Part shown: piece by piece, positions 40,619 to 60,454 of the stretch | How the letters are laid out: each line of letters starts with the position of its first letter | How positions within the stretch are numbered: the stretch's first letter is position 1 | NCBI GenBank assembly: GCA_012295275.1 | Contig: CM022665.1 | Coordinates: forward strand, 45,322,001-45,386,000 | DNA: 64,000 nt | Source of the DNA: Chrysomallon squamiferum | Lineage: Eukaryota; Animalia; Mollusca | Direction of reading: 5' to 3' | Notes under the pieces: generated by a model | Databases searched by the model: none | The model's input: the letters and a program-made list of their open reading frames with translations, nothing else | Told to the model about the DNA's origin: nothing | Made by a program: the position numbers and the translations under genes

Positions 40619-41869
40619 ATGTTTCACCATATAGCAGTGATTCTTTGGACAATATGCTCTTTACCTTTTCACTGCTTTGCTGCAAACGAAGATGGCGTCG
40701 ACAAATTGTTCACTGACAAAATCTGGCAGAACAATCCGTACAAAAGACCGGTAACGAACGAATCAGACGTCGTTTATGTTTCCCTTTCGTTTGAGATACG
40801 AGTTGTTCTCGGTTACGACGAATCCTCGCAGCTCATCAAGTGCATAGGCTGGTTCTCCGTGGTTTGGAACGACCCGTTCCTGTCGTGGGATCCCGAACTG
40901 TACGGGCTCGTCACCATGGTGATGCCGCCGTCGAGCCTCGTTTGGAAGCCTCCTCTCTTCGTGACGGACATGGCCGAAGGTCCTACAGTTCTGGAAGAAC
41001 ATTCTTTCTCCATGCGTTTGAATTACAGCGGACAAATCACCTGGGGTTCGCCTGCCGTCTTTCACATCTACTGCCACAGCGACATGCTGAAGTACCCGTA
41101 CGAGAGGCTCAGGTGCACGTTCCACATCGTCGTCTGGACGTACCGCACGAAAGAGGTCGTTCTGCTGCCCGCCCAGATGTCGCTGGCCAACACGTTGCAG
41201 AGGGCGCAGTGGGAAATCTCCGACGCCGTCATGGCTTCGCGGGTGATCAACGTCCTCGACGACGAGCACTCGGTGGTGGAGCTGTCGTTCCGCGTGCTGC
41301 GAATATCAGACTCGTTCACGTTCACGTTCGTGATGCCGGTGATAAACCTGGCCGTTCTCGGCACGTTCGTCTTCCTGATCCCAGCCAGCACTGGGGAGAA
41401 GCTGTCGTTCGCCATAACGGTGTGTCTGTCGTACGGCGTCTACATGGGCTTCCTCATCACCATGATCCCACTCAACAGCGGCCTGTCGTCGTTTACCATT
41501 TTCCTCGTCGTCTCCATCGTCCTGTCGTCGGTTTACACCGTGCTCAGCATCGCCAGCGTCAACCTGTCCACGCGCGTCGACGACGTCTACCCCGTTTCGC
41601 GACGTCTCGCGACATTGGTTCTGTTGGCGGAGAGGGTTCTCGTGTTGAAAGGCCAGAACAGAGTCGGCTCCGACGTGTCTCCCGCGGCATCGGATTCGGT
41701 CGGTTTCGGCAGTACTCGCGCAGTGCTCGAGGAGGACAAGGGAGAGCACTCGCGGGTCACGTGGGACAGAGTCAGCAGGGCGCTGGACAAGCTGTGTTTC
41801 GTGCTGTTTTTCCCGGGAGTGTTAATTGTCAGTGGGTGCATTCTCAGCGTGACGTTCACTTCGAAGTGA
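40619..41869 (+). CDS. Intronless atypical Cys-loop ligand-gated ion channel subunit (nAChR-like, non-alpha), 416 aa
   Basis: Signal peptide; RPV; WNDPFLSWDP; WKP; Cys-loop C-x13-C (CHSDMLKYPYERLRC); loop B WTY; four TM segments with GEK-LSFAITVCL at M2; WDRVSRALDKLCF before M4. Confidence 0.92.
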   Translation: MFHHIAVILWTICSLPFHCFAANEDGVDKLFTDKIWQNNPYKRPVTNESDVVYVSLSFEIRVVLGYDESSQLIKCIGWFSVVWNDPFLSWDPELYGLVTMVMPPSSLVWKPPLFVTDMAEGPTVLEEHSFSMRLNYSGQITWGSPAVFHIYCHSDMLKYPYERLRCTFHIVVWTYRTKEVVLLPAQMSLANTLQRAQWEISDAVMASRVINVLDDEHSVVELSFRVLRISDSFTFTFVMPVINLAVLGTFVFLIPASTGEKLSFAITVCLSYGVYMGFLITMIPLNSGLSSFTIFLVVSIVLSSVYTVLSIASVNLSTRVDDVYPVSRRLATLVLLAERVLVLKGQNRVGSDVSPAASDSVGFGSTRAVLEEDKGEHSRVTWDRVSRALDKLCFVLFFPGVLIVSGCILSVTFTSK

Positions 41870-43597
41870 CCAATGATGATGACGATGATAACAGTGAATT
41901 TCAACGTTGTTTTAATAACCGTGTGAAATAATTAACTCTTTGTGAGTGGTTGTGGTGAAGTTAACGTTATTTAATGGCGTGTGAAATAACTATTTTTGAT
42001 TAATATCTTTTACAAAAAACAAAAAACAACAACAACAACAACAAAAAAAGTTAAAAAAAAAAAAAAAAAAAATTACACTTAAGACAAATTGCGAATATAT
42101 CTGTTTAGGATTACTGTCTCTTTTAACGTCTAATTTATTATAACATTTATTATAACCAAGAGAAACAGTGAATATTATTGGTGTGCAGAGCAGCACACAC
42201 CAACATACTTGGTTCACCTATATTTACACTAGAGGAAATACGGCGCTGTATTGGACGCAAACGGTGTTGTTTTACTTTATGCCCCATTGTCATATTATGA
42301 TTATTAATAGATGTTCCTGAACCTTACGACACTCATGTGGCCAATAAATATACAACAGCTAATAATGTCCGAGCCATCGTTTGTTTGTGATCAGTTAGGA
42401 AAAGAGAGAGAGAGAAAAAAAGGAAATTAAAAATTGAAAGGAAAAGAAAGAAAAACAAAAGAAAGAAAAGAAAAGAAAAAGAAAGTATTTTCAGTGAATG
42501 GGAATTACGATTTTGTGTTGTATTTTTTGCTGGTCGCAGAATTACGTAATGGTTCATGCCCTTTAAATTAATCAGCTTCTATAACCAAGGAGGCTTCCCT
42601 GTTTCAACTGTCACGTTTAATACGGATCTGAATATCCTCTGCATATTACTCGTTACAGGAACCAGTGATAAGATGTAACAGTAAAACAGAACTTGAGGAT
42701 ACTAGGCTGAACTAAAATCAGCCTACACCTAGATACAACATCCCTTCCTAACAGTTTATTTAATACAGTCCCCGTTTACTTACAAATAGATTTTTGTTGT
42801 TAATATAAAATATGTACAGTTTGTTTACAATTATGTATAAATATATAAAAAAGAGTTTGTACTCCTGTGATTTGATCTTTTCGGATTTTTCCACCAAGTC
42901 GAGTTTTTCTACAGTTGTTTTCTTAAACAGGCGATGTTTGTCAAAACGTAATGAAATCTGTAAGGACAAGTAAAAAGTCACAGGCCCGTATTCAGTAATT
43001 GAAACACACACACAAACACACAAACACTCACACAAACAACACACACACACACACACACAGACACACAAACACACACACACGCACGCACGCAGCAAGTCAG
43101 TCAGACAGACAATTACACACACAAAGCATCTGTGACCATTACAAGTCCACATACTTAAAACAAAAATGACTAAATATAGTTGTTGCATGTATTGAGAGGC
43201 AAAGGTGATCACACACGCTATTAATCTGACTTATTACTGAACTCCAGTGTTCTCCATGAAGTCGATTTGTGGACCCCGCATCATTTTGGTTAACTTTGAC
43301 CTCATTATTGGATGTTGTATGGTCATAATTTTCTGTTTATTGCGTTGATATATCGATATTTTCAATATAATTTTACTTCATTCATACACTGGTTTTATTT
43401 TTTTTTCAAATTATGGTAAAGTTTCTTTTCCCTGTTTGTAAGGATCCATTTGATGTTTATTACAGAACTTGTCTTTTATCATTTCATCTTAATTACTTAT
43501 TTTAACCTTAAGCCGCGAGGAACGCATTCCGGAGATAACTTTAATTTTAAAATATTGCCAGAATGTCTACGTCGTTAATTTAAAAAAAAAGAGTAAA

Positions 43598-43671
<74 letters not shown>

Positions 43672-44013
43672 GGGCCTGTCGAAAATCATCGAAAGACTGA
43701 GTCTATTTTCCGTTACCTTCAAAGAATACTTGTTGCATTATATAAGAAATCATGGTTATTTAAATATTGTTCAGTTTTCCAAGCTAATTCTGTGCAGTTT
43801 ACGACATGATGAAGTTTTATATTTATTTTTACCTTTTATCATTCACGCACAATCCCACAAACACACACACACACACACATCACGATCCATGACATATAAT
43901 AACAAAAAAAAAACACAAAAACAAACAACAGCAAAAATTTATTCAATTATTCTGTACCCTCAGGTGGTTCGAATATTTACATTAAAACTGCCTGCACGTA
44001 CAAAAATAATATC

Positions 44014-49384
<5,371 letters not shown>

Positions 49385-50761
49385 GAACTGGAGAGAAATT
49401 CAGAAAATTATAATTCAATACATTTCAAAACAGAAAAAAAGACTAGTAATCTTTCAGCAGTAGCATTATTCTCAGAAGACGTGTATCCAAACCCATGTTT
49501 TCCAAGAGAACAACAAGGAACTAAACTGCTGTAATACACACATAATGTTCCTTTTTTTTTTTTCTTCTTTTTTTTTGTTATCGCTGAACCCGTTATACTA
49601 ACTATTTTCCAAGATAAGGCTAGCCTGCGTTGTATTGTTCAAGCAGCCAGTGAATCCACAATACAAGCAGAACGCGACAGTTATCTGGGCTTTTGTGAAA
49701 CGAATCCGGATTACCAGGCGCATCCAATTCTCCGTCTCCCGCCGTGGAATGTGATAATGACACCTCGGTACATTCCGTTTTTTTGACGTGAGGTTAATGA
49801 ACATAAATTATGATAATTATTTTCTCTATTACCAGTGTCACGTACTGTTAGTTGTCTTTACTAACTCGTTTAGACACAGTCACCGATCTATACAGGCACA
49901 TACATCAGAACGTATGTACGTACGTACACACCTACTTTTATGTATGTATACATTTCAGTCAGGCGCAATTTTAGATGCACACACACACACACACACACAC
50001 ACACAGATCTTAAATCTACGAATATCTATGGATTACTATAATCCTGATATTTATTATTATTATTATTATCATCATCATCATCATCATCATCGTCATCATC
50101 ATCATTATTTATTAATTATATTACATTATTTATTACTTATTATATTATATTATTATATTATATTATATTTATTTATTTATTTATTTGTTTATTTATTACA
50201 AAAAATAAAATGGCTTCTTCAGATTATAACCTTGTCACAATAAACTGGTCACTGTACAGTAGCTCAAGCAGACGACAAATTAGAAGGTCACTTCATTTTG
50301 ACAGCAGATGTCAGCACTAGAAGGCCCTAATTTACGCGCCATTTTTAGGCCAACGCCTCTCTTTTGATCTCTTCGCGTAAACTATTATAACTAACTAAAA
50401 TGGCTGTCTTTTCTCCGTAACGTGTTATTTTCCTGTCGTCGTCAAAAGTGTACGTGTTTAATGTGTTTTTATACTAGTTATTTGCTAAGTTATTTATCAT
50501 ATATTATCATGTATTATTTTACCAGCTGTTAATTTCATTTCAGTCTTAGTCCCTTTTCTTTTTATTATTAGGTATTGTTGTCTTTAGTCGCTGGTTCAGT
50601 TCTCAATAATTGAAAAAAAAAAAAAAAAAACGTTTTAATCGTTAGATGAATGCAATTGTACGTGTAAATATGTCAAATAAATAAATAAATAAATAAATTA
50701 ATTAAATTAAATAATTATGTCGAAAGCAAAGGATGACGTGAGAAAATTATTATTAATAACT

Positions 50762-50922
50762 GATGCGGATCCGGGGTTGGGGGACGTCACTCCTGGCCTA
50801 AGCACCCCCCTTCCCACGTCATTTTTATGGTCTAAAAACGTTTCGCGTTCAAAGATAAATCCATCATAATGGTAACATCCCCCCCCCACTCCGCCTTTCT
50901 GAAATCAGTGACCCGCCCCTGA
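50762..50922. mobile_element. Small degenerate GC-rich inverted-end element (GCGGATCC...CCGCCCCTG type); duplicate at ~62186-62345
   Basis: Left GCGGATCCGGGG and right GACCCGCCCCTG are imperfect inverted ends with G-run/C-run arms. Confidence 0.4.
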
Positions 50923-51622
50923 GTTACCGAGTTACCCTGTTTAAATAAAGAAACACTGGTAAGTGATATCACATTTCTCTCTGTTTCTGCTTCAGGTCAA
51001 GGTGACATGTTTTCTTTGAGGATAATGTTTTAAAGATTTCGGTCAACGTCTGTAAGGGTACAGACGGGTTTGTCCCAAGCTTTGGTACACAGTTTAAGCT
51101 TTAAGTCTACACTTAGTCTACATAGATAAACTTTAAACTCATTAGCATGCAGAAGACGTAGACCTTCGCCAAAGGCTTGATAAATTCAGGATAAGCACGT
51201 TCGAGGCTATAAGAGGAATCGATCCTACCACATTCGATCTGACCACTGTGTAGTCAGTGTAGGTGATAATAATAATAATAATAAAAAAATGTTGTTTAAT
51301 AGTCTACATCCATAAATATTTTTGCTTGAATAATTATATTTTAAAATGCAGTGTTTTAATAAATGTAAAATAATAAATAAATAAACAAATAAAAAATAAA
51401 ATAAAATAAAATAAAATAAAATAAAATAAAATAAAAAGTAATGATTGATGATTTTGATTATAGATGTAACACCGACTGCTGAAATAGAAGTTGTAAATGT
51501 TTTGTTTGACAAATGTTAAAAAAGAATTTTAAAAAAACAACAAAAACGAATGAATTTGAAAGGGTTATGGTATAAAGAATATATATGGTGTAGAATAATG
51601 CTGTACATCATTGTTGATGGCA

Positions 51623-51661
<39 letters not shown>

Positions 51662-51768
51662 GCTAATAATAATAGTAACAATAATAATAATAAAATTAAT
51701 AATAAAATTAATAGTAATAATAATAATAATAATAAAAATAATAAATAAATAAAAAACGATAATTTTTT

Positions 51769-52238
51769 TTAATAACGACCAAACAACTGCCAGACAAGGA
51801 TGATAATGGCGACAACAACAGCAAAAAAAGCAACAACAACGATGATAATATTTAGTGTGGTTCATTTCCTAGAAGGAAGTTACAAACATCAAAGAGACAA
51901 AAAAAAAAAAAAAAAACCCTGAAAAAAAAAAAACATTACAGCTCAGAAATATGAAACGTATAACAGCATTCCGAAACTAATTTTCTTTTCTCTATTATAA
52001 TAATGAATGAAAGTACGGTCTGAAGTCGTTTTTTCCGCAGACGATAAAATCATAGTTCAGTGATGCTGAAACAAAATAGTAGTGAGTTAAAGTAATTTGG
52101 CATGCTTGGTATAACCTGTTAAATATACTAATCGTTACAGCACTGGCATATTAACACACAGACTATTTTGCTTTTCAAAATTTATCTTCTCGTTGTCTCT
52201 GTGACCTCTCTCTCATCTATCTCTTTCATCTGTCTCTG

Positions 52239-52313
<75 letters not shown>

Positions 52314-52352
52314 GGCTGTCTCGTGTATACGTCTCTGTATCTATCTCGCCTA

Positions 52353-52451
<99 letters not shown>

Positions 52452-52518
52452 GGCTGTCTCTACGTCTCTGTATCTATCTCGCCTATTCCCCTCTCTCTCT
52501 CTCTCTCTCTCTCTTTTT

Positions 52519-52607
<89 letters not shown>

Positions 52608-53759
52608 GTTCGTTCTCACTTCTGTTGGTGTTATTTCGGTTTCTTTTACATCTGTAACTGACAAGGCAGACTATTAACGCGTTGTGGCGTCTTGCACTGA
52701 CTCTGTCAGACGTATGGACAGAGCCTCTGAGGGGGAAAATCCTGAATCCGGTGGGGAAAGTCATCAGTGATATTGAGATCGCTGGCCTCCGGATTCGTAA
52801 CATTCTCTAGATATCTCTCAGCACTTGCCAGGCGGAACCAAGGGTTAGAATAACAGGCCTTCAAAAAATGCGCGTGATGAATTGTAATAAAGGATGTTGT
52901 TGTTGTTTTTTTCTGTCGGTTCCGGGAACCAGCATTAGTCACTTTTCGTGTGATGTAGCGAAACAGTCTGTACTAAAGCGAGTCCCCATGCTTTTGAAAT
53001 AACGATGGAAAATGTATCTCAGTCAGTTAAAAATATATTAACTAAAAATGTAAAAATATCAACTAGAGGTACAAACAGAAAATACGAAGTGAGCTGGAAT
53101 ATGGCCAGGAAGGATACAAAAAGTATGGATGAAAATCAAATCATGTACACTAAAATATATCGCAAGCACAGTGGGACCCAAAGTAAATATTCCTCATATT
53201 GGAAATAACGGAGGAAAAAAAAAAAAAATAATAATAATAATAATAATAATAATTAAAAAAAATTAAATTAACTTAAATTAAATTAAATTAAATTAAAAAA
53301 AAAAGGAAGAGAAAATAACTGAATCATGACTGTTTTAATGATGTGCACACATTCAAAAAAAAAAAAAAAATGCTAACTTTCCGGTTTTAACTACTCTTTG
53401 GAAAAAATCACGCTTTAAATCATCCGGCTAACGGTTGATATTTTTAATCATAAAAATGATTGAAATTCATAACATCTGTATCATGCATACTTTAACAATA
53501 AATAAACAGCGAATAGTTTAAAAACAGTTTAAAAAAAAAAAAAAACCTTTTACCTTTAACAGCAACTTGGACGTTTCTGTGGGACTTTCGGTGTGGGGCC
53601 CTTTTTATTACAAGTGTTCGCTGTAGAACTTCCAGACCGAGCCTGTCACTGGAAGGGATCTGATTGGACGAGACCACATTTCACCGTGTCGCAGCATGAA
53701 CCACGTGGTCAGGATGGCCGTTCCTGCTCTGCAAGTTTGATCAGTCAGTGAAGTAAGGT
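51769..53759 (-). pseudogene. 3' exons of an unannotated gene (disabled copy) ending in a transmembrane tail
   Basis: AG/GT-bounded exons 53759-53554, 52858-52650, 52065-52017, 51868-51769 with phase chain 1-0-1-2. Lesions: TAA TAA in the first exon, a 2-nt deletion in the second relative to the duplicate copy, and a TGA before the TM tail. Confidence 0.55.
52225..52604. repeat. Compound (CT)n microsatellite (duplicate at ~63590-63836)
   Basis: Long CT runs interrupted by a repeated TGTCTCTCTGGCTGTCTC...CTATCTCGCCTATTCC spacer. Confidence 0.9.
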
Positions 53760-55161
53760 CTGAAGGCAAACCAACCAACCAACCAGCTAACCAGCTACCA
53801 ACAACAACAACAACAACAACAATAAGAACGAAAAGATTCAAAGAAAAAAAAAATACGAAGTCGCCCTCTAATCAGCAGTACTAATAAAAAATAATAAGAA
53901 GTCTTCCTCTAATACCAGTATATCGGGATTTTGGAAATAAAGAAAGAATATGTATCGTATTTTGTTATGCTTGTCATGTACAAACATTAGATTGCAAAAA
54001 TTAATTTAAATTTTTTTATATTTCTTTGACTATTACTCATGCGTAATAAATTTAATCCATTATTTAAGTTGCATTTTTTTTCATTATTATTTTTTTTTTT
54101 TTGATTGTTTATACGTTCATAATTTAACATCTGTTCCTGTTGAAGCTAATAATTAGTTCTGAGGAAGGGTTTGTGTATTTTGTTTGCTTTTGTTTTTTTT
54201 TTCGTTTGTGAATTTTGTTGTTTTTTCAAGAAATCTACTTTTCATAACAGCACTGAAAACACATCAGCACTTGATGATAACAAATGAGAATGAGGCGTAT
54301 AAAAATTAAAAATATAAATGAATAAGTACCATACCACATGATATACCGCGAGTGACGAAGAAATAACTTGAAAATACGCATGCATGAATATTCCATGTAA
54401 AACATCACCAAAACACAAAATGCTGCATACAAATAATAGAACTGAACTGACTGGGACTGGGGCCAATAAATATACAACAGCTAATAATGTCCAAGCCATC
54501 GTTTGTTTGTGATCAGTTAGGAAAAGAGAGAGAGAGAGAAAAAGGAAATTAAAAATTGAAAGGAAAAGAAAGAAAAACAAAAGAAAGAAAAGAAAAGAAA
54601 AAGAAAGTATTTTCAGTGAATGGGAATTACGATTTTATGTTGTATTTTTTGCTGATCGCAGAATATGTACGTAATGGTTCGTACCCTTTAAATTAATCAG
54701 CTTCTATAACCAAGGACGCTTCCCTGTTTCAACTGTCACGTTTAATACGGATCTGAATATCCTCTGCATATTACTCGTTACAGGAACCAGTGATAAAATG
54801 TAACAGTAAAACAGAACTTGAGGATACTCGGCTGAACTAAAATCAACCTATACCTAGGTACAACATCCCTTTCTAACAGTTTATTTAATACAGTCCCCGT
54901 TTACTTACAAATAGATTTTTGTTGTTAATATAAAATATGTACAGTTTGTTTACAATTATGTATAAATATATAAAAAAAAGTTTGTACTCCTGTGGTTTGA
55001 TCTTTTCGTCTTTTTTTCACCGAGTCGAGTTTTTTTACAGTTGTTTTCTTAAACAGGCGATGTGTGTCAAAACGTAATGAAATCTGTAAGGACAAGTAAA
55101 AGAGTTGCATGCCAGTATTCAGTAATTGAAAAACACACACACAGACACACAAACAGACACA

Positions 55162-55209
<48 letters not shown>

Positions 55210-55716
55210 CACACGCACGCAGTCAGTCAACCAGACAGAAGAAAACACACACAAAGCATCTGTGTCCATTACAAGTCCACATACTTAAAAAAAAAGAGAC
55301 TAAATATAGTTGTTGCATGTATTGAGAGGCAAAGGTGATCACACACGCTATTAATCTGACTTATTACTGAACTCCAGTGTTCTCCATGAAGTCGATTTGT
55401 GAACCCCGCATCGTTTTGGTTAACTCTGACCTCATTATTGTATGGTCATAATTTTTCTGATTATTACGTTGATATATCGATATTTTCAATATAATTTTAC
55501 TTCATTCATACACTGTTTTTATTTATTTTTCATTTATGGTAAAATTTCTTTTGGCTGTTTGTAAGGATCCATTTGACGTTTATTACAGAACTTGTCTTTT
55601 ATCATTTCATCTTAATTACTTATTTTAACTTTAAGCCGCGAGGAATGCATTCCGGAGATAACTTTAATTTTAAAATATTGCCAGAATGTCTACGTCGTTA
55701 ATTTAAAAAAAAAAAA

Positions 55717-55781
<65 letters not shown>

Positions 55782-56118
55782 GGACCTGTCGAAAATCATC
55801 GAAAGACTGAGTCTATTTTCCGTTACCTTCAAAGAATACTTGTTGCATTATATAAGAAATCATGGTTATTTAAATATTGTTCAGTTTTCCAAGCTAATTC
55901 TGTGCAGTTTACGACATGATGAAGTTTTATATTTATTTTTACCTTTTATCATTCACGCACAATCCCACAAACACACACTCACACACACACATCACGATCC
56001 ATGACATATAATAACAAAAAACAACAACAAACAACAGCAACAATTTATTCAATTATTCTGTACCCTCAGGTGGTTCGAATATTTACATTAAAACTGCCTG
56101 CACGTACAAAATAATATC

Positions 56119-56301
56119 TCATCTGCGAAGAAAGCGAACTTTGAAGGGTAGCGGGGTTCTTGTTAGTCCACTGACTCCATCCATCTTTGGTAATTCACCC
56201 GACTCCGGGGGCACTATTAAATAACGTTTGATGATAGACGCAAAAACCAGGAACAGTTCAGTCTTCGCGACATTTTCACCCAAGCATTTTCTGGGTCCTG
56301 A

Positions 56302-56394
<93 letters not shown>

Positions 56395-56431
56395 GTAATA
56401 GAAATAATAATAATAAAAAAAAATAATAAAA

Positions 56432-56466
<35 letters not shown>

Positions 56467-56685
56467 TGATGATGATTATGATGATGATGATGATGATGGT
56501 GGTAATGATAAAATAATAAAATAATTAAATTAATATTGATAATAATAATGATAATAATAATAATGATGATGATGATGATGATGATGATGACGGTGATGGA
56601 TGATAAAGTAATAATAATAATGATAATAATAACAATAATGATAATAATAATAACGATAATAATAATAATAATGATAATGATAACG

Positions 56686-56746
<61 letters not shown>

Positions 56747-59700
56747 AAGAACAAGAACAAAAACAACAGCAGTAACAATAATAATGAAAAAGGCGAGGCT
56801 GGAGATTAATAATGTTAATAATAATTATTATGATGGTGAGATAATAAAAACATTAGTACGTGTGTGCATAAGTGCGCGTACGAAGATAATTAATCACATG
56901 CACATGTGTTCGCGAGAAATTTCCGTGCCAGAAAGGCGTGTTCAATCCATAACTGTTGTCGTTGTTTTAAAAGCTACTCCTTCCCGAAAAAAAAAAAAAA
57001 TTAATAAATATCTCGTAAGTTATTATTATATTAATCTGGGCTGAGTTATAGTTATTAATTACATGACGTGAGTTAGTATTAGCAATCACGTGACATAGTA
57101 TTAATAATATGACGTATGTTACTATTAATAATCTTAAGTGAGTTAGTATTAATAATATGACGTGAGTGTGTATCAATAAATTGACGTCAGTTAGTATTAA
57201 TAATATGACGTAAGTTAGTATTAATAAATTGACGTGTTAGTATTAATAAATTGACGTGTTAGTATTAATGTGACGTAAGTTAGTATTAATAACATGACGT
57301 AAGCTGTTAATAACCTGGCATTTATACGAATAATATGACATGATGTAATGTTAATATAATGTGATTGAGATGGTATTAATACAGCTTTTTTACAAGCTGA
57401 AATAAAAACACGTGTTACAATCATTTATTTCTGGTTTATTTCTTCTTCTTTTTTTTTTCTTTCGAAAATATACAATACAGCTGTGAGTGTATGTGTGTAT
57501 GTGTGTGTGTGTCTTCGTTTGTGCGTGCGTTTATATGTGAATTATGGTTGTGTGACCGTGTGCATTGTAAATGCGTTCGGTTCAAAATTCCCTCAAAAGT
57601 AAATTCATTTTCAACATTGTGGGTCAGGGATACCTGATATAACTAAAAATCTAACTGACATTTTAAGCAGTCAGTGATTAACAGTTCTTCTGCCATCTAT
57701 AATTATAACATTATTGTTTTTAAGTTATTCGACGGTGCTAACTTTATCGTTAATTACATCAAATGTATTAAATTAAACTCAAAAAATGTAAATACTTAAT
57801 ACTGATCGACTGGTATTGATACATTTTACTTAATTTCTTTGTATCCATATACGGATTAAGGTTTGGGAACGCATCTTTTTCCTCACAATCAAATTTTGAT
57901 TAATAATAAAATTTATTTCGTCATGAAACATATATCAGTCTTATGTGACCCTCCTTTTCTAAATCCTGCACCCAGGGGCAAATCTATAATGGTGCCAATG
58001 AAGACTTCACCTTCCTTGCCACATAATCCAGGACGGGTCCCTTAAGCAACTTCAAAATTTAAACCAGAATCTGAGGTGCTGATAACTTATGTAAAAAAAT
58101 AAAAAAAATAATAATAATAATAAAATAAAATAAAAATTAAATAGAACCAGCCTACTAAAGAAGATGACTATGGCTGGCCCAGATTTATTTGTTGTTTGCT
58201 AAGGAACCCCCAGAGCAATTCCACCACTGTCTACCTCTGTCCTTAATAACATACTCACCCATGGAAAAAGGAACAAATTCAAGATATTTTGCTTCTTTTC
58301 CTTCACGCGTCAGAAACCTTTCAGGCCGAAAGTTGTAAGGATCCTTCCAAACTTTGGGATCAAAGAGCAGCGCGTGTATGTTCGGAATCACAATGGCATC
58401 CTTAGGAACTCTGTAGTTGCCGATCTGACCATCGTCGGAGAGCCCGTGAACAATAGCAAATGGCGCAATGTCTCCGAATCTCTGAATTTCATGGATGGTA
58501 GCGTACGTGTACGGCAGTTTGCTTCTGTCTGCTAACACGACGACGTCATCGGAATCAGTGTTGGCGTCGATCTCGTCACGACAACGTTGCTGAACGTCTG
58601 GATGGTGCAGCATAAAAATCAGACCCCATCGCAGTGTTGTTGACGTCGTCTCCGTGCCGCCAACGAAAAGGTCGCCGATGACTCGTAACAACTGATCGTC
58701 TGCCGAGGAAATAATCAATACGATTATGTTGTTTGGAATTATTCATTATATATTTATTTATTTATTTGTTTTGTAATATTTGTAATAACTATAGACGTCT
58801 CTACAATTATATTTATCTCATAAAATAAACGAAAGATCTCTTGGGGAAAAAAATAACAAACAAAACAAAAAGCACAACAAACAACAACAAACAAACAAAC
58901 AAAAAAAAAAAAAAAAAACATTTCCAGGCGCCTGATTTGTTTGGCAAGATACGGATATTAAGTTCTTCAAAAAAACAAAAACAAAAAAAAAGAGAATATC
59001 TAGCAGTCTAATAAAATAACAATAACAGTAACGGTTTCCAAAAAGTGATATAATGAAGCCTGTCTGAACCTAGCAATTGTTTCTCAACACGTTACTGATG
59101 AAAATGGCTGCGGTATTTTAGGTATTTGACAGAATAGCTTACACGCAAGAATAAATGTGTTTGAATTAGTGCCAACTTCACTCGACACCATCAAACGTCA
59201 GAAACCTTACTTGGGGGGATTGACATTTAATGTTGATTTGATTCCATTGACAGACGATTTGTTGTCTGTGAATTATAATACGTTTTATATCAATATCAAT
59301 ATATATATCTATATATATACACACAGACACATACACACAAACACACACACGAGAAAAGAAACCAGTTTTGGTTCTTCGAAAGGTTCATTTTTTAGGCTAC
59401 ATATCATGATCAGGGGATATTTTACTAGCAGCTTCTCATTCACAGATACACAGCTATTTAAGCCTTTGAATATTCACAGTCTGCAGGATCAAACCTCCTC
59501 AGTCGTTGTTGACAGATATTCCCATTCCAACTGAGCTTGCGGCCTGTTTTGTCAGAGTCGCGGGTGATATGGGTTTTTTCTGTCCATGGGATAACACAAA
59601 CGAATAATTTCTATTAATAATATAAATGTAAAACAGAGAGAATTCTGTCGTCAGAGTTTTACAGCTACGTACGTATTAAAGTGTGTGTCCGTGAATTTCC

Positions 59701-60414
59701 TGATCGTAGAAGTCAAAATAATTTAATTTAATCAGCGAGTTATACTCACCCGCCATGGTTGATCGAATCCCGTTAATTCGATTTTCTTCCATCTTCTTCA
59801 AATAGGCGTCGACGAAATCTCTCACGTTTGTCCCGTCGAAAGTCGACTTGTGCTCCTCTATGATGGTTCTCAGAAAAGTCCGGACGAATTTCACGTTTGC
59901 GAGAACCTTGTTAAATTTGAAAACGTCGCCCGGGAGGTACCACAGAACGGGGAAGAAGTTCAGAACCGACGTGCCACCGATCAGTTTAAAATTTTCGTCA
60001 AATATCTCCAGAAATCGTTTAAACTGCGGATCCTTGTGTTCGAATCGCTTGTTAAACGCGATGGAGCAAATCACGTTGGCTATCGCGGTTGGGATAAAAT
60101 CGTTCGGATCGATGCTCGATCCGTCGATACCGTCTAAAATGCGGAGGAGGTCTTCGACTTCCACGCGGATCATTTCCTGTAGCGACGGCCGGCCGAATGT
60201 GAATTGTCGAAGACATTTCACGGTGAAAGTTCTGTGTTCTTTCCATTCCGTTCCTGATGTGTTCAACACACCTAAAGGATTAAGAATACGTTTTAGTTAA
60301 TTAGTTAATTACAAATATATAATTATTTATAGCAAAAATTAAAAAATAGAAGAATGGAAGACATCGTGTTTTATTAAATAGCCTAAATATAATTTGTATA
60401 ATTCCAGTTATTAT

Positions 60415-60454
<40 letters not shown>

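Noticed and set aside
40840-41931. 363-aa overlapping ORF and antisense ORFs over the receptor gene (similar ones over the ankyrin and CYP exons)
   Set aside because: Arg/Gly-rich shadow frames expected from GC3-rich codon usage; no domain features.
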